The notes beneath the pieces are model-generated. The model had not been told where the DNA came from. It did no database searches and worked only from the letters and a program-made list of their open reading frames with translations. This document shows positions 31,152 through 41,331 of a stretch of DNA of 64,000 nucleotides, piece after piece. The DNA comes from an uncultured Campylobacterales bacterium. Lineage in GTDB: Bacteria; Campylobacterota; Campylobacteria; Campylobacterales; CAZCQG01. The position numbers were made by a program, and so were the translations under genes. Every line of letters starts with the position of its first letter. The stretch's first letter is position 1. The DNA lies in assembly GCA_964500775.1 (NCBI GenBank), contig CAZCQG010000006.1, forward strand, positions 5,584 to 69,583, read 5' to 3'.

Positions 31152-31720
31152 ATCTTGCTTTTAATGAAGCTTTCCATTTCAGCGACTATCTCCTCGATAG
31201 TTCTCTCGCCGTTAATCTTTTGCAAAATTCCTTTCGCACCGTAAAAATCTTGTATATCTTTGAGCGGGTCGCTATAGACTTTCATCCTATTATAAAACAC
31301 CTCTGCGTTATCATCCGCTCCTCTAGCTCTCCCAAGCACTCTATCTTTAGCTACTTGTTCGCTCACTTCTACTTCGATGACGTTTACTAGCGTAATCGTG
31401 TCGCTTTTTGCTAGCAGTGAATCAAGAGCGTTCATCTGCTCTACGCTTCGCGGGAATCCGTCGATGAGAATCGTATCTTTATCGGAGTGATCGATCGCCC
31501 CTACTATCGTCTCGATAACTACATCCAAAGGTACTAGCATCCCTTTACTTGTAAATCCGTCTATCATTTTCCCGCGCTCGCTGCCGCTAGCTACTTCGGC
31601 TCTCAAAAGCTCGCCCGTACTGTAGTGTGCGATAGTTTCGCTATTGTTTTTGCTGATGATCTCGGCATCCGTCGTTTTGCCGCTTCCGGGTGCTCCGATG
31701 ATCAAAAATAGTTTTTTCAT
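31148..31720 (-). CDS. adk: adenylate kinase
   Basis: Start moved to the internal ATG (rc of 31718-31720), preceded by GGAGAG. The product begins [17 protein letters not shown] (P-loop). The 47-codon extension in the track overlaps aspS and has no support. Confidence 0.9.
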   Translation of the reverse strand: MKKLFLIIGAPGSGKTTDAEIISKNNSETIAHYSTGELLRAEVASGSERGKMIDGFTSKGMLVPLDVVIETIVGAIDHSDKDTILIDGFPRSVEQMNALDSLLAKSDTITLVNVIEVEVSEQVAKDRVLGRARGADDNAEVFYNRMKVYSDPLKDIQDFYGAKGILQKINGERTIEEIVAEMESFIKSKI

Positions 31721-31739
31721 AAATGCTCTCCTGTCAAAA

Positions 31740-33491
31740 TTAATCTTGTAAGTTTTTCTTGATTCTAAGACCAAGCTCGTTGAGTTGTGCGCCTTCGACC
31801 TCACTTGGAGCGTGCGATAGAAGACATTGCGCTTTTTGCGTTTTAGGGAAGGCGATGACATCTCTGATACTCTCGGCTCCCGTGATGAGCATCATCAGTC
31901 TATCAAAGCCCAATGCAAACCCGCCGTGCGGAGGAGCGCCGAATCTTAGCGCATCGAGCAAGAAGCCGAACTTCATATTTGCATCTTCCTTGCCGATACC
32001 CAAAATCTCGAATACTTTTTCTTGAATCTCCTCTTTGTGGATTCTTATGCTACCGCCGCCAAGCTCGATACCGTTTAAAACGATGTCGTAAGCGATAGAT
32101 TGTATATCCTCCACATCCTCGCATTCAAGGTCTTTTGGCATAGTAAATGGGTGATGGAGCGCTTTTGTGCGCCCTTCGTCTTTTTCAAACATAGGGAAAT
32201 CCACGACCCAAACAAAACGCATCTCCTCTTTATCGATAAGTCCTAGATTTTTTCCGAGTTCTAGTCGCAACCGCCCCATATAATCAAGCACCGTCTTTTT
32301 ATTGCCCGCACCGAAGAATATAATGTCGCCTTGTTGCAGCGCGGCGCGCTCTTGTAGTTTTGCGAGTGAAGATTCCGAGAGGAATTTCACTAGCGGACCT
32401 TTCAGTCCATCCTCTTTGACTTGGATATATGCCAGTCCCTTTGCACCGAATTTTCTTACGAAATCTTCGAGTTCTTTGAGGTCTTTTCTGGAGAGCTTCT
32501 CATCGCCGCCGGGGACTTTTAGTGCTTTAATTCTATTGTGCTTGGGGTGGGTAGCGATGGAGCTAAAAATCTCGTTGTTCGAATCTTCAAAAAGATCGAT
32601 AACGTCGATAAGCTTCAAGTCAAAGCGCATATCGGGTCTATCGATGCCGTAAGATTCCATTGCTTCATTGTACGTGATTCGCTCAAACGGAGGATTGATT
32701 GTCTTGCCGCAAGCGCTAAAAATATCCTTCAGCAGCTCTTCGCCCACTTTGATGACATCTTCTTGCTCGCAAAAGCTCATCTCCACGTCTATTTGGGTAA
32801 ACTCCGGTTGTCTATCGGCACGCAAATCCTCGTCCCGAAAACATTTAGCGATTTGAAAATATCTATCAAATCCTGCCACCATAAGAATCTGTTTGAATAA
32901 CTGCGGACTTTGGGGCAATGCGAAAAATTCCCCCGGATGGACACGGCTAGGGACGAGATAATCTCTCGCACCTTCGGGAGTAGACTTGGTGAGAATCGGT
33001 GTCTCCACTTCTAGGAATCCAAGCCTATCCAAGCAATTCCTTGCCGCGATTGCCGCTTTGCTTCGCAATGCAAATATCTCAAAGGATTTTGGATTTCGGA
33101 GGTCTAGGAATCTGTATTTGAGGCGCAATTCCTCGCCCACATTCTTATCGCCGATAGCGATAGGAGGGGTTTGTGAAGCATTTTCGATGATAAGATTTTC
33201 AAGCACTACTTCGATTTTCCCCGTAGGGATTTTGAGGTTTTGCAACCCTTCACCCCTCGCCCTCACTTTTCCGCGCGCGCGCAAAACATATTCATCTCTT
33301 ACTTTTTGCGCAATCGTATGCGCCTCTTTGTTATCATCGGGGTCGCAAACGAGCTGAACGACTCCGCTTTTATCCCGCAAATCTATAAATATGACCCCGC
33401 CGTGATCTCTATAACTATTTACCCATCCGCAAAGCTCTACCGCTTCACCGATATTGTTTTCATTTATCGCAGCACACAGATGGCTTCTCAA
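31740..33491 (-). CDS. aspS: aspartate--tRNA ligase
   Basis: 583 aa. N-terminal OB fold (GWV...[13 protein letters not shown]), class II motifs ([29 protein letters not shown]). Confidence 0.95.
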   Translation of the reverse strand: MRSHLCAAINENNIGEAVELCGWVNSYRDHGGVIFIDLRDKSGVVQLVCDPDDNKEAHTIAQKVRDEYVLRARGKVRARGEGLQNLKIPTGKIEVVLENLIIENASQTPPIAIGDKNVGEELRLKYRFLDLRNPKSFEIFALRSKAAIAARNCLDRLGFLEVETPILTKSTPEGARDYLVPSRVHPGEFFALPQSPQLFKQILMVAGFDRYFQIAKCFRDEDLRADRQPEFTQIDVEMSFCEQEDVIKVGEELLKDIFSACGKTINPPFERITYNEAMESYGIDRPDMRFDLKLIDVIDLFEDSNNEIFSSIATHPKHNRIKALKVPGGDEKLSRKDLKELEDFVRKFGAKGLAYIQVKEDGLKGPLVKFLSESSLAKLQERAALQQGDIIFFGAGNKKTVLDYMGRLRLELGKNLGLIDKEEMRFVWVVDFPMFEKDEGRTKALHHPFTMPKDLECEDVEDIQSIAYDIVLNGIELGGGSIRIHKEEIQEKVFEILGIGKEDANMKFGFLLDALRFGAPPHGGFALGFDRLMMLITGAESIRDVIAFPKTQKAQCLLSHAPSEVEGAQLNELGLRIKKNLQD

Positions 33492-33653
33492 AAGGTCTCC
33501 TAAATATTTTTATAAAAAAGGGTGGAATTGTAACATATACTTACTTCTTGTATTTTTAATTCCGTTTAATGATTGGATTTGTTATTTGCGGCTAAAATGT
33601 CATCAAAGGCGGGTAACATCCCGCTTCTATCTTGAACAATAACGCGGTGAACA

Positions 33654-35504
33654 ATGCAAGAGATATTATTGATACTCCTTTTCGGTCCTTTTATGAGTGC
33701 GGCATTTTACTCGCTACTGCCTCGTGAAAGCGGTAATTTAACCATCATTGCCGCGGTAGCGGTTTTTTCATTGTCGGCTCTGTATCTGCATACGAGTCTA
33801 GAATCGCCGCTATTTTTATCACTCCATCTCCATGGGTTGATTTTGACGGTGGATTACCTATTGCTCGGATACTTCTTGTATGAAGGGATAAAAAACCGCT
33901 CAAAAGAGATTATTCTACTCTCGCTCGTTCAATTGGCACTTTTTACCTATTTTGTTTTTACGGCAAAAGAAAGCGAAACGCCGCAGATTTACTTGGATTC
34001 CCTTGCGACTATGATGCTACTGCTCATCAACATCGTCGGCGGAGCGATTTTGGTGTATGCGCTAGATTATATGAGAGACGAGACTACCGTCCTCAAGAAA
34101 GAGAAACAATTTGTAGCGTTGCTTTTATGTTTTTTAGGGGTGATGAACTTTGCGGTCGTGAGCAACAATATCGAGTGGTTCTTCCTGTTTTTTGAGCTTA
34201 CCACGCTATTTTCATTTTTACTTATCGGATTCCGAAAAGACGAAGTTTCTATACAAAATGCTCTAAAAGCATTATGGATGAATCAAATCGGCGGCGTATT
34301 TATTCTCGCAGCCCTCATATACCTAGCGACAAATAATTTCGACATAACCTTTAGTGCGCTCCTCGCTTCGCACGATAACGTCTACTTCATCCTCCCCGTT
34401 GCACTCTTGTCTTTGGCGGTGATGATAAAAGGGGCAATGTTCCCTTTTGATCGATGGCTACTTGGTGCGATGGTAGCGCCCACACCCGTCTCGGCGATAC
34501 TCCACTCCGCTACGATGGTGAAAATCGCCCCCTATATGATACTACGCCTCTCAGAATCCATAGCCGCTAGCGGTGTCGGGATTCTTATCACCCTTTTTGG
34601 CGCGATCGTGTTTTTCGGGGCGAGCTTTATCGCGCTCGGAAAAGAGAATCTCAAAGAGATACTCGCCTATTCGACCATTGCGATGCTCTCCCTAGCTATG
34701 GCACTCGGAGCGACGGGCAATAGCGATGCGCAATTTGCGGCACTAATGATCATCATCTTCCACGGTATCAGCAAAGCGATACTCTTTATGTGTGCGGGGA
34801 TTTTCGAGAAAAAATACCACGCCAAAACACTTACCCAAATACAAGAGCTCTTGTACGAAGCCCCTTTTTTGGTCATCGTAACGACTATTGGATTCCTATC
34901 TATCACCATCCCGCCGATGGGGGCATTTTTGGGAAAAATGTTTGCCATCGAAGCTTTGAGTCACATAGGAGCATTTGGGGTCGTCACACTCTCTTCTACG
35001 ATGCTGATAGTTTTCGGAAGCGTGGCACTAAGCGTCCTCTATTTTCGGGTGATAGGATCAATGGTGCAAAAAGAGGGGGCGAAAACAAGCTATACCGTCG
35101 ATTTGATGCGACCGTGGTATAAGTATTCGCTCGTCGCTCTTTTGACGATACTTACGATAACGTCGATGGGGTGTTTTATAATGTTTAAATTTTTATTTTT
35201 GGATGCCTTGGTAGGAATCTCGCATGAAGCATATAGCTTTACATGGACGTGGGCGGGGATGCGATTTGGCGAAATAGAGCTAAAAGCATACTACCTCATC
35301 GCGGGATTTCTCTTTTTACTCTCTCCGATACTCGCACTCACCCACAGGATCAAAAACAGAGACAGAGCACTTGAATACAGCTGCGGGGAGCGATTTGACT
35401 TTAAATTCAATATGTTCAAAATACACTTTTTTGATGCAAATAAAAAATACTTCGATATTATCGGGATCATTGGATTCTTATCTATTCTAGTTTGGAGTGT
35501 GTGA
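33654..35504 (+). CDS. echA: Ech-type hydrogenase membrane subunit (NuoL/HyfB-like antiporter-type subunit)
   Basis: 616 aa, polytopic. Proton-conducting-membrane-transporter pattern (WLLGAMVAPTPVSAILHSATMVKIAPY). First gene of the six-gene group 4 hydrogenase cluster. Confidence 0.75.
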   Translation: MQEILLILLFGPFMSAAFYSLLPRESGNLTIIAAVAVFSLSALYLHTSLESPLFLSLHLHGLILTVDYLLLGYFLYEGIKNRSKEIILLSLVQLALFTYFVFTAKESETPQIYLDSLATMMLLLINIVGGAILVYALDYMRDETTVLKKEKQFVALLLCFLGVMNFAVVSNNIEWFFLFFELTTLFSFLLIGFRKDEVSIQNALKALWMNQIGGVFILAALIYLATNNFDITFSALLASHDNVYFILPVALLSLAVMIKGAMFPFDRWLLGAMVAPTPVSAILHSATMVKIAPYMILRLSESIAASGVGILITLFGAIVFFGASFIALGKENLKEILAYSTIAMLSLAMALGATGNSDAQFAALMIIIFHGISKAILFMCAGIFEKKYHAKTLTQIQELLYEAPFLVIVTTIGFLSITIPPMGAFLGKMFAIEALSHIGAFGVVTLSSTMLIVFGSVALSVLYFRVIGSMVQKEGAKTSYTVDLMRPWYKYSLVALLTILTITSMGCFIMFKFLFLDALVGISHEAYSFTWTWAGMRFGEIELKAYYLIAGFLFLLSPILALTHRIKNRDRALEYSCGERFDFKFNMFKIHFFDANKKYFDIIGIIGFLSILVWSV

Positions 35505-36348
35505 AATGTCTGAAAGCTTTTTCTTTAATTTTTTGATCGCGCTCCTTATCCCCTTCATCGGAGCTTTCATCTACGGAATCGAACGCGTCGTGAAAGCGAG
35601 GATGCAAAATAGAATCGGACCGCCCGTATTACAGCCTTTTTACGATCTTTTCAAGCTCGCACAAAAAAGGGCGCTTATTATCCACTCATTCCATTCAAAT
35701 ATGGGAATCCTCCATTTTTTCGCAACGTGGTTTAGCACCGCGCTACTGTTTTTGGGGGAAGATATACTCATTGTGATTTTTTTCCATTTACTCGCGACCT
35801 CTTTGTTGCTTTTAGGATCTTATAGCGTAAAAAGCCAGTATTCGCAGATAGGCTCCCATAGAGAGCTTATTATGCTCTTTGGATACGAACCTATTTTTAT
35901 TCTACTCGGCATCACCCTTTTTAGTCTCGGAGATTCGTTTGCGATTTCCGATATGCAATTCGACGGTATGCCGCTACTAAGTGCTCCTTTGGCATTTTTG
36001 GCATTTTTGGTAGCTGCGCTTATGAAGCTCAAAAAATCCCCTTTCGATGCCGCCGAAGCGCACCAAGAACTTCTCGGCGGAGCGGAGATAGAGTACAGCG
36101 GCATCTATTACGAAGCGCTTTACGGAGCGAAAATGAACGAGTATGTCTACATCTACGGTTTTTGTTTTTTACTCGCGGGGAAAGAGCTACTAGCAGGTTT
36201 TATCCTATGCGCGATACTTTTTTTACTCATCAATCTCATAGATAATGCAACAGCGAGGCTCAAAACGGGTGATGCGCTTAAGATCGCTTTGGCGGTCGGG
36301 TTTATCGCACCGTTTCTCAATCTCGCACTTCTCTATTTAGGGGTGTAA
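35497..36348 (+). CDS. echB: Ech-type hydrogenase membrane subunit (NuoH/HycD-like)
   Basis: 283 aa, polytopic. RKV.ARMQ.R.GPP and PFD..EAE.EL..G...EYSG motifs. Overlaps echA by 8 nt. Confidence 0.75.
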   Translation: MCEMSESFFFNFLIALLIPFIGAFIYGIERVVKARMQNRIGPPVLQPFYDLFKLAQKRALIIHSFHSNMGILHFFATWFSTALLFLGEDILIVIFFHLLATSLLLLGSYSVKSQYSQIGSHRELIMLFGYEPIFILLGITLFSLGDSFAISDMQFDGMPLLSAPLAFLAFLVAALMKLKKSPFDAAEAHQELLGGAEIEYSGIYYEALYGAKMNEYVYIYGFCFLLAGKELLAGFILCAILFLLINLIDNATARLKTGDALKIALAVGFIAPFLNLALLYLGV

Positions 36349-36882
36349 ATGGAACTATTTGCAAACTCAAAGAAAAAATCACCGTGGATCATCCACTACA
36401 ACGCAGGAAGTTGCAACGGATGCGACATAGAGATACTCGCGACGCTCTCGCCAAAATATGACGTGGAGCGATTTGGCATCATCAACAAAGGGAATCCCAA
36501 GCAAGCCGACATACTCCTAGTCACCGGTCCCGTGACCAAGCGCTCGCGTGAACGTCTCGTGCAGCTCTACACCCAGATACCCGAACCAAAAGTGGTCATC
36601 TCGGTAGGTGCATGCACCAATAGCGGCGGGGTCTTCCGCGATATGTACAACCAAGAGTGCGGCGTAGATAGGTACATCCCCGTGGACGTCTACGTCGCAG
36701 GGTGCGCGGCGAGACCGGAGCAAGTAATCGAAGGGGTAGCTAAAGCACTAGAGATATTAGAACAAAAAACCGACGCGATAGAAAAACCCAAAAAGCTTTT
36801 CGGAAAGATAAATGAACTTTTCGGGCAAAACGACAGACGTGAGATAGCAAAAACACTAAAGGCGGATGATGCAGAAAATTGA
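36349..36882 (+). CDS. echC: Ech-type hydrogenase small subunit (NuoB-like, [4Fe-4S])
   Basis: 177 aa. GSCNGCDIE, GACTNSGG and VAGCAARPE cysteine motifs. Confidence 0.85.
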   Translation: MELFANSKKKSPWIIHYNAGSCNGCDIEILATLSPKYDVERFGIINKGNPKQADILLVTGPVTKRSRERLVQLYTQIPEPKVVISVGACTNSGGVFRDMYNQECGVDRYIPVDVYVAGCAARPEQVIEGVAKALEILEQKTDAIEKPKKLFGKINELFGQNDRREIAKTLKADDAEN

Positions 36883-37207
36883 GACTACTTTGCAAAACGT
36901 AGTAAACGACATTAAAAAATTCTATGACTACAAAAAACATTTTTACAGCATGGTAAACGGCGTAGATAGGTGTGAGGGGTTTGAGATACAGTGGCTTTTC
37001 GGCGAGTATCACGGCGAGGAAATCACTATGTTCGTAGCGAATTGCGGCTATGAAGACGAAGTACCCAGCCTCGCTTCTTTCATCCCCTCGTCGGTCTATT
37101 CGGAAAATGAACTCTTTGACCTCATGGGGGTGAAATTCCACGGTGCAAAAAGAGGATTATTCATCGAAAAAGATACCAAAGAATTCCCCTTAAGGTGCGC
37201 ACAATGA
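36866..37207 (+). CDS. echD: Ech-type hydrogenase subunit (NuoC/HycE-N-like)
   Basis: 113 aa. Sits between the small and large subunits. SVYSENELFDLMGVKFHG resembles the NuoC-family ERE..D..G motif. Confidence 0.6.
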   Translation: MMQKIETTLQNVVNDIKKFYDYKKHFYSMVNGVDRCEGFEIQWLFGEYHGEEITMFVANCGYEDEVPSLASFIPSSVYSENELFDLMGVKFHGAKRGLFIEKDTKEFPLRCAQ

Positions 37208-38289
37208 TCCAAGAACTCAACATCGCCCTCGGCTCGCAACACGTCGCCCTATTGGAGCCTATGCGGCTAGAATTCCAGACCGAAAACGAAAGAATCACGG
37301 GGGTAAACGCCGACTTCGGATACGTCCATAGAGGCATCGAAAAAGCGTGCGCTAGCAAGTTTAAATTCAAACAAGTGGGCTATGTCGTCTCTAGGGTATG
37401 CGGTCTGTGCTCCATCACTCACAGCTCGGCGTATACGTTTGCCATCGAAGGAATCTTCGGCGAAGAGATTCCTATACGGGCAAAGTATCTACGGATACTC
37501 GCACTAGAGCTAGATAGAATCCACTCTCATCTCTTATGTCTCGCCCACACCGCAGAATCGGCAGGCTTTGAAGCGCTTTTTATGCACATAATGAAACACC
37601 GTGAACTCGTAATGGAAGCCCAAGAATCGCTCACCGGCAACCGTGTCCACTTCGACTACCTCCATATCGGCGGGGTAAATAGAGACTTGGACAGCGAAAA
37701 AAGCGGGGAAATAAAAAACAAGATCATCCAACTAAGAGAGAAGGTCAAAGAGATACAAGAGTTATTCAACTCCAACTTCTCTCTCTCGATGAAATACAAA
37801 GGAATCGGCGCTATAAGTACCGAAGATGTCTACAAACTCAACGTCGCAGGTCCGCAGGCAAGAGCGGCAAACGTAGCGTGGGACGTCCGCAACGTCGATA
37901 CGACACTCCCCTATAAAGAGGTGGGTTTCAAACTCATCACCCAAGAAGGGGGTGACATCCACGCAAGAAACAACGTGCGCCTATTAGAGACGCTAAACTC
38001 CATCGAAATGGTATTAAACGTCTTAGACAATTTGCCTGCGGGGGAGATTACCGTAAAAATAAAAGGGAATCCGGATGGAGAATATGTCTCTAGAATCGAA
38101 GCCCCGAGAGGCGAGCTCTCCTACTATGTGCTCGGTGAGAAAAAGCCGATACTTAAAAGGGTGCGGATAAAAACACCGACCTACTCCAATGCGGCAAGTT
38201 TCGTGCATATAATGAACGGGCAAGACTACGGCGATATTCCTGCCATCATGGCATCGTTTGATCCGTGTATGTCGTGTACGGCAAAGTAG
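37195..38289 (+). CDS. echE: Ech-type [NiFe]-hydrogenase large subunit
   Basis: 364 aa. N-terminal RVCGLCSITHS (L1 CxxC) and C-terminal DPCMSCTAK* (L2 CxxC), with no C-terminal extension after the motif. Confidence 0.9.
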   Translation: MRTMIQELNIALGSQHVALLEPMRLEFQTENERITGVNADFGYVHRGIEKACASKFKFKQVGYVVSRVCGLCSITHSSAYTFAIEGIFGEEIPIRAKYLRILALELDRIHSHLLCLAHTAESAGFEALFMHIMKHRELVMEAQESLTGNRVHFDYLHIGGVNRDLDSEKSGEIKNKIIQLREKVKEIQELFNSNFSLSMKYKGIGAISTEDVYKLNVAGPQARAANVAWDVRNVDTTLPYKEVGFKLITQEGGDIHARNNVRLLETLNSIEMVLNVLDNLPAGEITVKIKGNPDGEYVSRIEAPRGELSYYVLGEKKPILKRVRIKTPTYSNAASFVHIMNGQDYGDIPAIMASFDPCMSCTAK

Positions 38290-38299
38290 GAGAGATGCG

Positions 38300-38713
38300 A
38301 TGTTAAAAGCGATGCTATTATCCCTATCCAATCTTTTTAAAAAGCCGGTCACGAAGCGCTACCCTTTTGAACCCACTTATAAACCTGCGGATTTCAGAGG
38401 GGAGATAAAATATAACGTGGAGGAATGTATCTTTTGCCTCAAATGTGAGAGCGCTTGCCCTCCGGGAGCCATTATTTTTGATCAGCACGTCAAAAGCGGC
38501 GTGTATAAGTACCATTACAATCCTTACCTTTGCATCTACTGCGGCGAATGCGTGCGCGCATGTCCGAAACCCGGATGCGATGGATCGCTTTGGCAAGATA
38601 GCACCGAAACTCTAAGCTCCACCGACAAGACAATCAACGATGAATGGTTTGCCTTAGAACAAAGAGCTTATAAAAACAGAGAGACTTATAAAACAAATAA
38701 AAAAACACAATAA
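38300..38713 (+). CDS. echF: Ech-type hydrogenase 2x[4Fe-4S] ferredoxin subunit (NuoI/HycF-like)
   Basis: Start moved to the ATG at 38300 (TAGGAGAG SD upstream). Contains CIFCLKCESACP and CIYCGECVRACP. The track start at 38258 would overlap echE. Confidence 0.8.
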   Translation: MLKAMLLSLSNLFKKPVTKRYPFEPTYKPADFRGEIKYNVEECIFCLKCESACPPGAIIFDQHVKSGVYKYHYNPYLCIYCGECVRACPKPGCDGSLWQDSTETLSSTDKTINDEWFALEQRAYKNRETYKTNKKTQ

Positions 38714-38715
38714 AA

Positions 38716-38739
38716 CCACGTATTGTGGCTTATTTTTTG
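38716..38739 (+). terminator. weak hairpin plus T-tract after echF
   Basis: CCACG-TAT-TGTGG (one G:U pair) followed by CTTATTTTTTG. The stem is short, so support is weak. Confidence 0.3.
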
Positions 38740-38796
38740 CTTGATTATTAATATTACTTAATGTAAATTGGGAAAAAATATTAATAAGAGGTTTTT

Positions 38797-40284
38797 TTGG
38801 ATAGTAGCAACAAGGTTGAATATGTTTTTTTAGATCCGCAAAAATGTGACCTATTAAGCTTGTCAAGCGTAGGGCTCGTAAAAGCAGAGCTAAAAAATCC
38901 CAAAAAAAACTGCAAAATCATCTCTACGTTAGATAGCTCAAGAATCTTAAATCTCTCCATAGAAATAGACAAAGATACTCCCGAAGACCTCATAGGGGAT
39001 GCCATAAACGAGGCGGTATACGAAGATGCCTCTATCGATCCCGAAATAGAATACATACAAAAACATATCAAAAAAGGGAGAAATTACGACGGTTCGAAAA
39101 TCGAATACGACGTATTTTTGATCAATAAAAACGAAATCTACGGCAGTTTCTCCGAGTGTGCAAAAACATATCCGTATATCGACTACGTCATTCCCGAGAT
39201 TTTCCTTTTTAGATCACTTTATGAATACGGAGAGTTAAAAAAAGAAGGGTATGATATTTTTGTACATTTTGGAGAAAAAAGTGCATTTTTGACCCTGTAT
39301 CAAAAGGGAAATTTGATTTTTCACAAGACTTTCGATCTCAATCTCGATTCATTAAAAAACGTATTTAATGAGTATAGTCCCGCCGTTGTCACTCCCGAAG
39401 AATTTAAAAATATCTTTTCGGGAAATCTAAGCGAATCGATATATGAAGGGGCGCTCAACAAGCTTAATAATGAAATATTTATTGTGCTTGATGAAGTGAT
39501 GTCCTATATCAAACGAATGTACAGTTTTAGCGTCGTAGAGAATTTTTTTCTTGATTCCGCCTACGGCATCAACGAAAAATTGTATCTATATCTCGAAGAA
39601 CTTCTTGGCTATAAAGCAAAAAGATTTGAATTTAACTCCGAAAACACGAGACATATAGAGCAAATCGCCTTAAAAGCACTCGCCCACGAACTCCCGTGTC
39701 TCAACGAATCAAACTTTACGGTCTATGCTAGACCAAAGCCTTTCTTTAGCCGTCCGGTCGGAAAAACCGCACTCTACCTAATCATTGCCGCCGTACTTTC
39801 ATTACTCTACGGGGTTTTTATCGGAGTGATGTATTATATGACAAGCGAGAGCATTAAAACCCTCACGCTTGATAAAAACAAAATAGCGCTTCAAGCACAA
39901 AATATTCAAAATACGATAAATACTTTTAAAGCAGAAGCCCAAAGCGCTACGACAAAGGAAAATGAAGCCAAAGCGGAACTCCAAAGCTCTCTCAATATAC
40001 TTGAAGAGGTGCGAAAAGTAAAAGAGGGTTACAAACAAAAAACCCCGATGATTATTTACCTCTCAAAAGAGATCACGCGAACAGGGACGAATCTTCAAAC
40101 ACTGCAAATCGAAGATACGGGAGAAAAAACAAAAATAACCGCCGGCATTACCGCCACTAACGACAAGTCACTTTCCACGCTTATCGATACCTTAGGAAGA
40201 AACACTCAATATACATTGGAAATCGATACTATAACGCGAGGAGAGAACGACTACAACACCACTTTGAGGTTAATACGCCGATGA
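38797..40284 (+). CDS. MshI-like (fused PilM/PilN-type) pilus assembly protein
   Basis: 495 aa, TTG start. A ~330-aa cytoplasmic part, a single TM helix (ALYLIIAAVLSLLYGVFIGVMYY), and a coiled-coil periplasmic tail. First gene of an operon whose order matches mshIJKL(M)NEG. Confidence 0.5.
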   Translation: MDSSNKVEYVFLDPQKCDLLSLSSVGLVKAELKNPKKNCKIISTLDSSRILNLSIEIDKDTPEDLIGDAINEAVYEDASIDPEIEYIQKHIKKGRNYDGSKIEYDVFLINKNEIYGSFSECAKTYPYIDYVIPEIFLFRSLYEYGELKKEGYDIFVHFGEKSAFLTLYQKGNLIFHKTFDLNLDSLKNVFNEYSPAVVTPEEFKNIFSGNLSESIYEGALNKLNNEIFIVLDEVMSYIKRMYSFSVVENFFLDSAYGINEKLYLYLEELLGYKAKRFEFNSENTRHIEQIALKALAHELPCLNESNFTVYARPKPFFSRPVGKTALYLIIAAVLSLLYGVFIGVMYYMTSESIKTLTLDKNKIALQAQNIQNTINTFKAEAQSATTKENEAKAELQSSLNILEEVRKVKEGYKQKTPMIIYLSKEITRTGTNLQTLQIEDTGEKTKITAGITATNDKSLSTLIDTLGRNTQYTLEIDTITRGENDYNTTLRLIRR

Positions 40285-40913
40285 AACTGCAATTTAATTT
40301 ACAAAGGATACTCGATTCTTACGACAATTATCTGAATGATAAAAAAGAATCCGAAAAAGCGATTCTTATCTATTCACCCGCCGTACTCATCGTATTTTTA
40401 GCATATTTTTACCTATTTCCGATCGTAGATAGCTACTACACGAAAATAAAAAAACAACATAATGCTCTGCAAACAGAGATGCAGAATCTCAACAATATTA
40501 TCCTCACTCAATCTAGCGGCGACATCTTGGCGAAGCTCAAAAAAGATGCCGATGACGCGAAGGCAAATACCGAAATCATTTGGCAGCAAAAAAGTTTGAT
40601 AGAGGAGAAGATCTACGATCTTAGCCTCAACCAAGAGAAGTGGCATACCCTCCTTGATCAAATTACCAAAGAAGGGGATGCGTTAGGGATAAAATTAGAT
40701 ACGTTCACGTTTAAAGACAACAACGTCGTCTCCAATAATATCAAATCAACTATCATTACCGTAGAAGGGGATGGAAACTATAAGAACATCCTTCTCTTTT
40801 TGAATTTTTTAGAGAGTAAAAGCGGCTACGTCAACCTCAAAAACATTCAAATGCAAGGAGGGGGTGAGATTGTATTTAAAGTCGAAATAGAGGTGTGGAG
40901 GATGGATGTTTAA
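40281..40913 (+). CDS. MshJ/PilO-like bitopic membrane protein
   Basis: 210 aa. TM helix at residues ~28-50, coiled coil, then a C-terminal alpha/beta region. ATGA overlap with the upstream gene. Confidence 0.4.
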   Translation: MKLQFNLQRILDSYDNYLNDKKESEKAILIYSPAVLIVFLAYFYLFPIVDSYYTKIKKQHNALQTEMQNLNNIILTQSSGDILAKLKKDADDAKANTEIIWQQKSLIEEKIYDLSLNQEKWHTLLDQITKEGDALGIKLDTFTFKDNNVVSNNIKSTIITVEGDGNYKNILLFLNFLESKSGYVNLKNIQMQGGGEIVFKVEIEVWRMDV

Positions 40914-41331
40914 GTTGCTCCTCCTAACCTTTTTTACGCTCAATCTCTTTGCCAACGAACCCGTGATTTCACCGCAAATGCAAAAGATTTTTGAATTACT
41001 ATTGCAAGACGGTCGTATCGACTTAAAAGATGAGATACTCTCACTCCAAAACCCCTATCCGAAAATCCAAGAAGCGCCCGCAGAATCATCAACGGAAACA
41101 GACTCCTCGACTCCGCCGCAAAAAAAAGAAGAAAAACTCACGATGATACTCGACGGAGCGGCAAAAATCGGTGCGACATGGTATAAAGTGGGGGATGAAT
41201 ATAACGGGCAAAAAATCGTAGAGATAACAGATAATAAAGTGATATTGCAAAAGTTGGATTCCACCGAAGAGATGCTTTTGATAGAAAAAAATATAAATCT
41301 AGAGGTAAAAACAAATGAAACACGTAACTAG
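40906..41331 (+). CDS. MshK/PilP-like small periplasmic protein
   Basis: 141 aa. Signal peptide MFKLLLLTFFTLNLFA, a Pro/Glu/Ser linker, and a C-terminal ATWYKVGDEYNGQKIVEITDNKVILQK beta-domain pattern. Confidence 0.35.
   Translation: MFKLLLLTFFTLNLFANEPVISPQMQKIFELLLQDGRIDLKDEILSLQNPYPKIQEAPAESSTETDSSTPPQKKEEKLTMILDGAAKIGATWYKVGDEYNGQKIVEITDNKVILQKLDSTEEMLLIEKNINLEVKTNETRN

Noticed and set aside
31721-31861. 47-codon N-terminal extension of adk in the ORF track, overlapping the 3' end of aspS
   Set aside because: The extension ([12 protein letters not shown]...) has no kinase features and overlaps aspS coding sequence. A good SD precedes the internal ATG at 31720, and the P-loop follows it immediately, as in all adenylate kinases.
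38258-38299. Upstream start for the ferredoxin subunit (MIRVCRVRQSRRDA...)
   Set aside because: It overlaps the end of the hydrogenase large subunit. The ATG at 38300 has a TAGGAGAG SD and gives a typical N-terminus.
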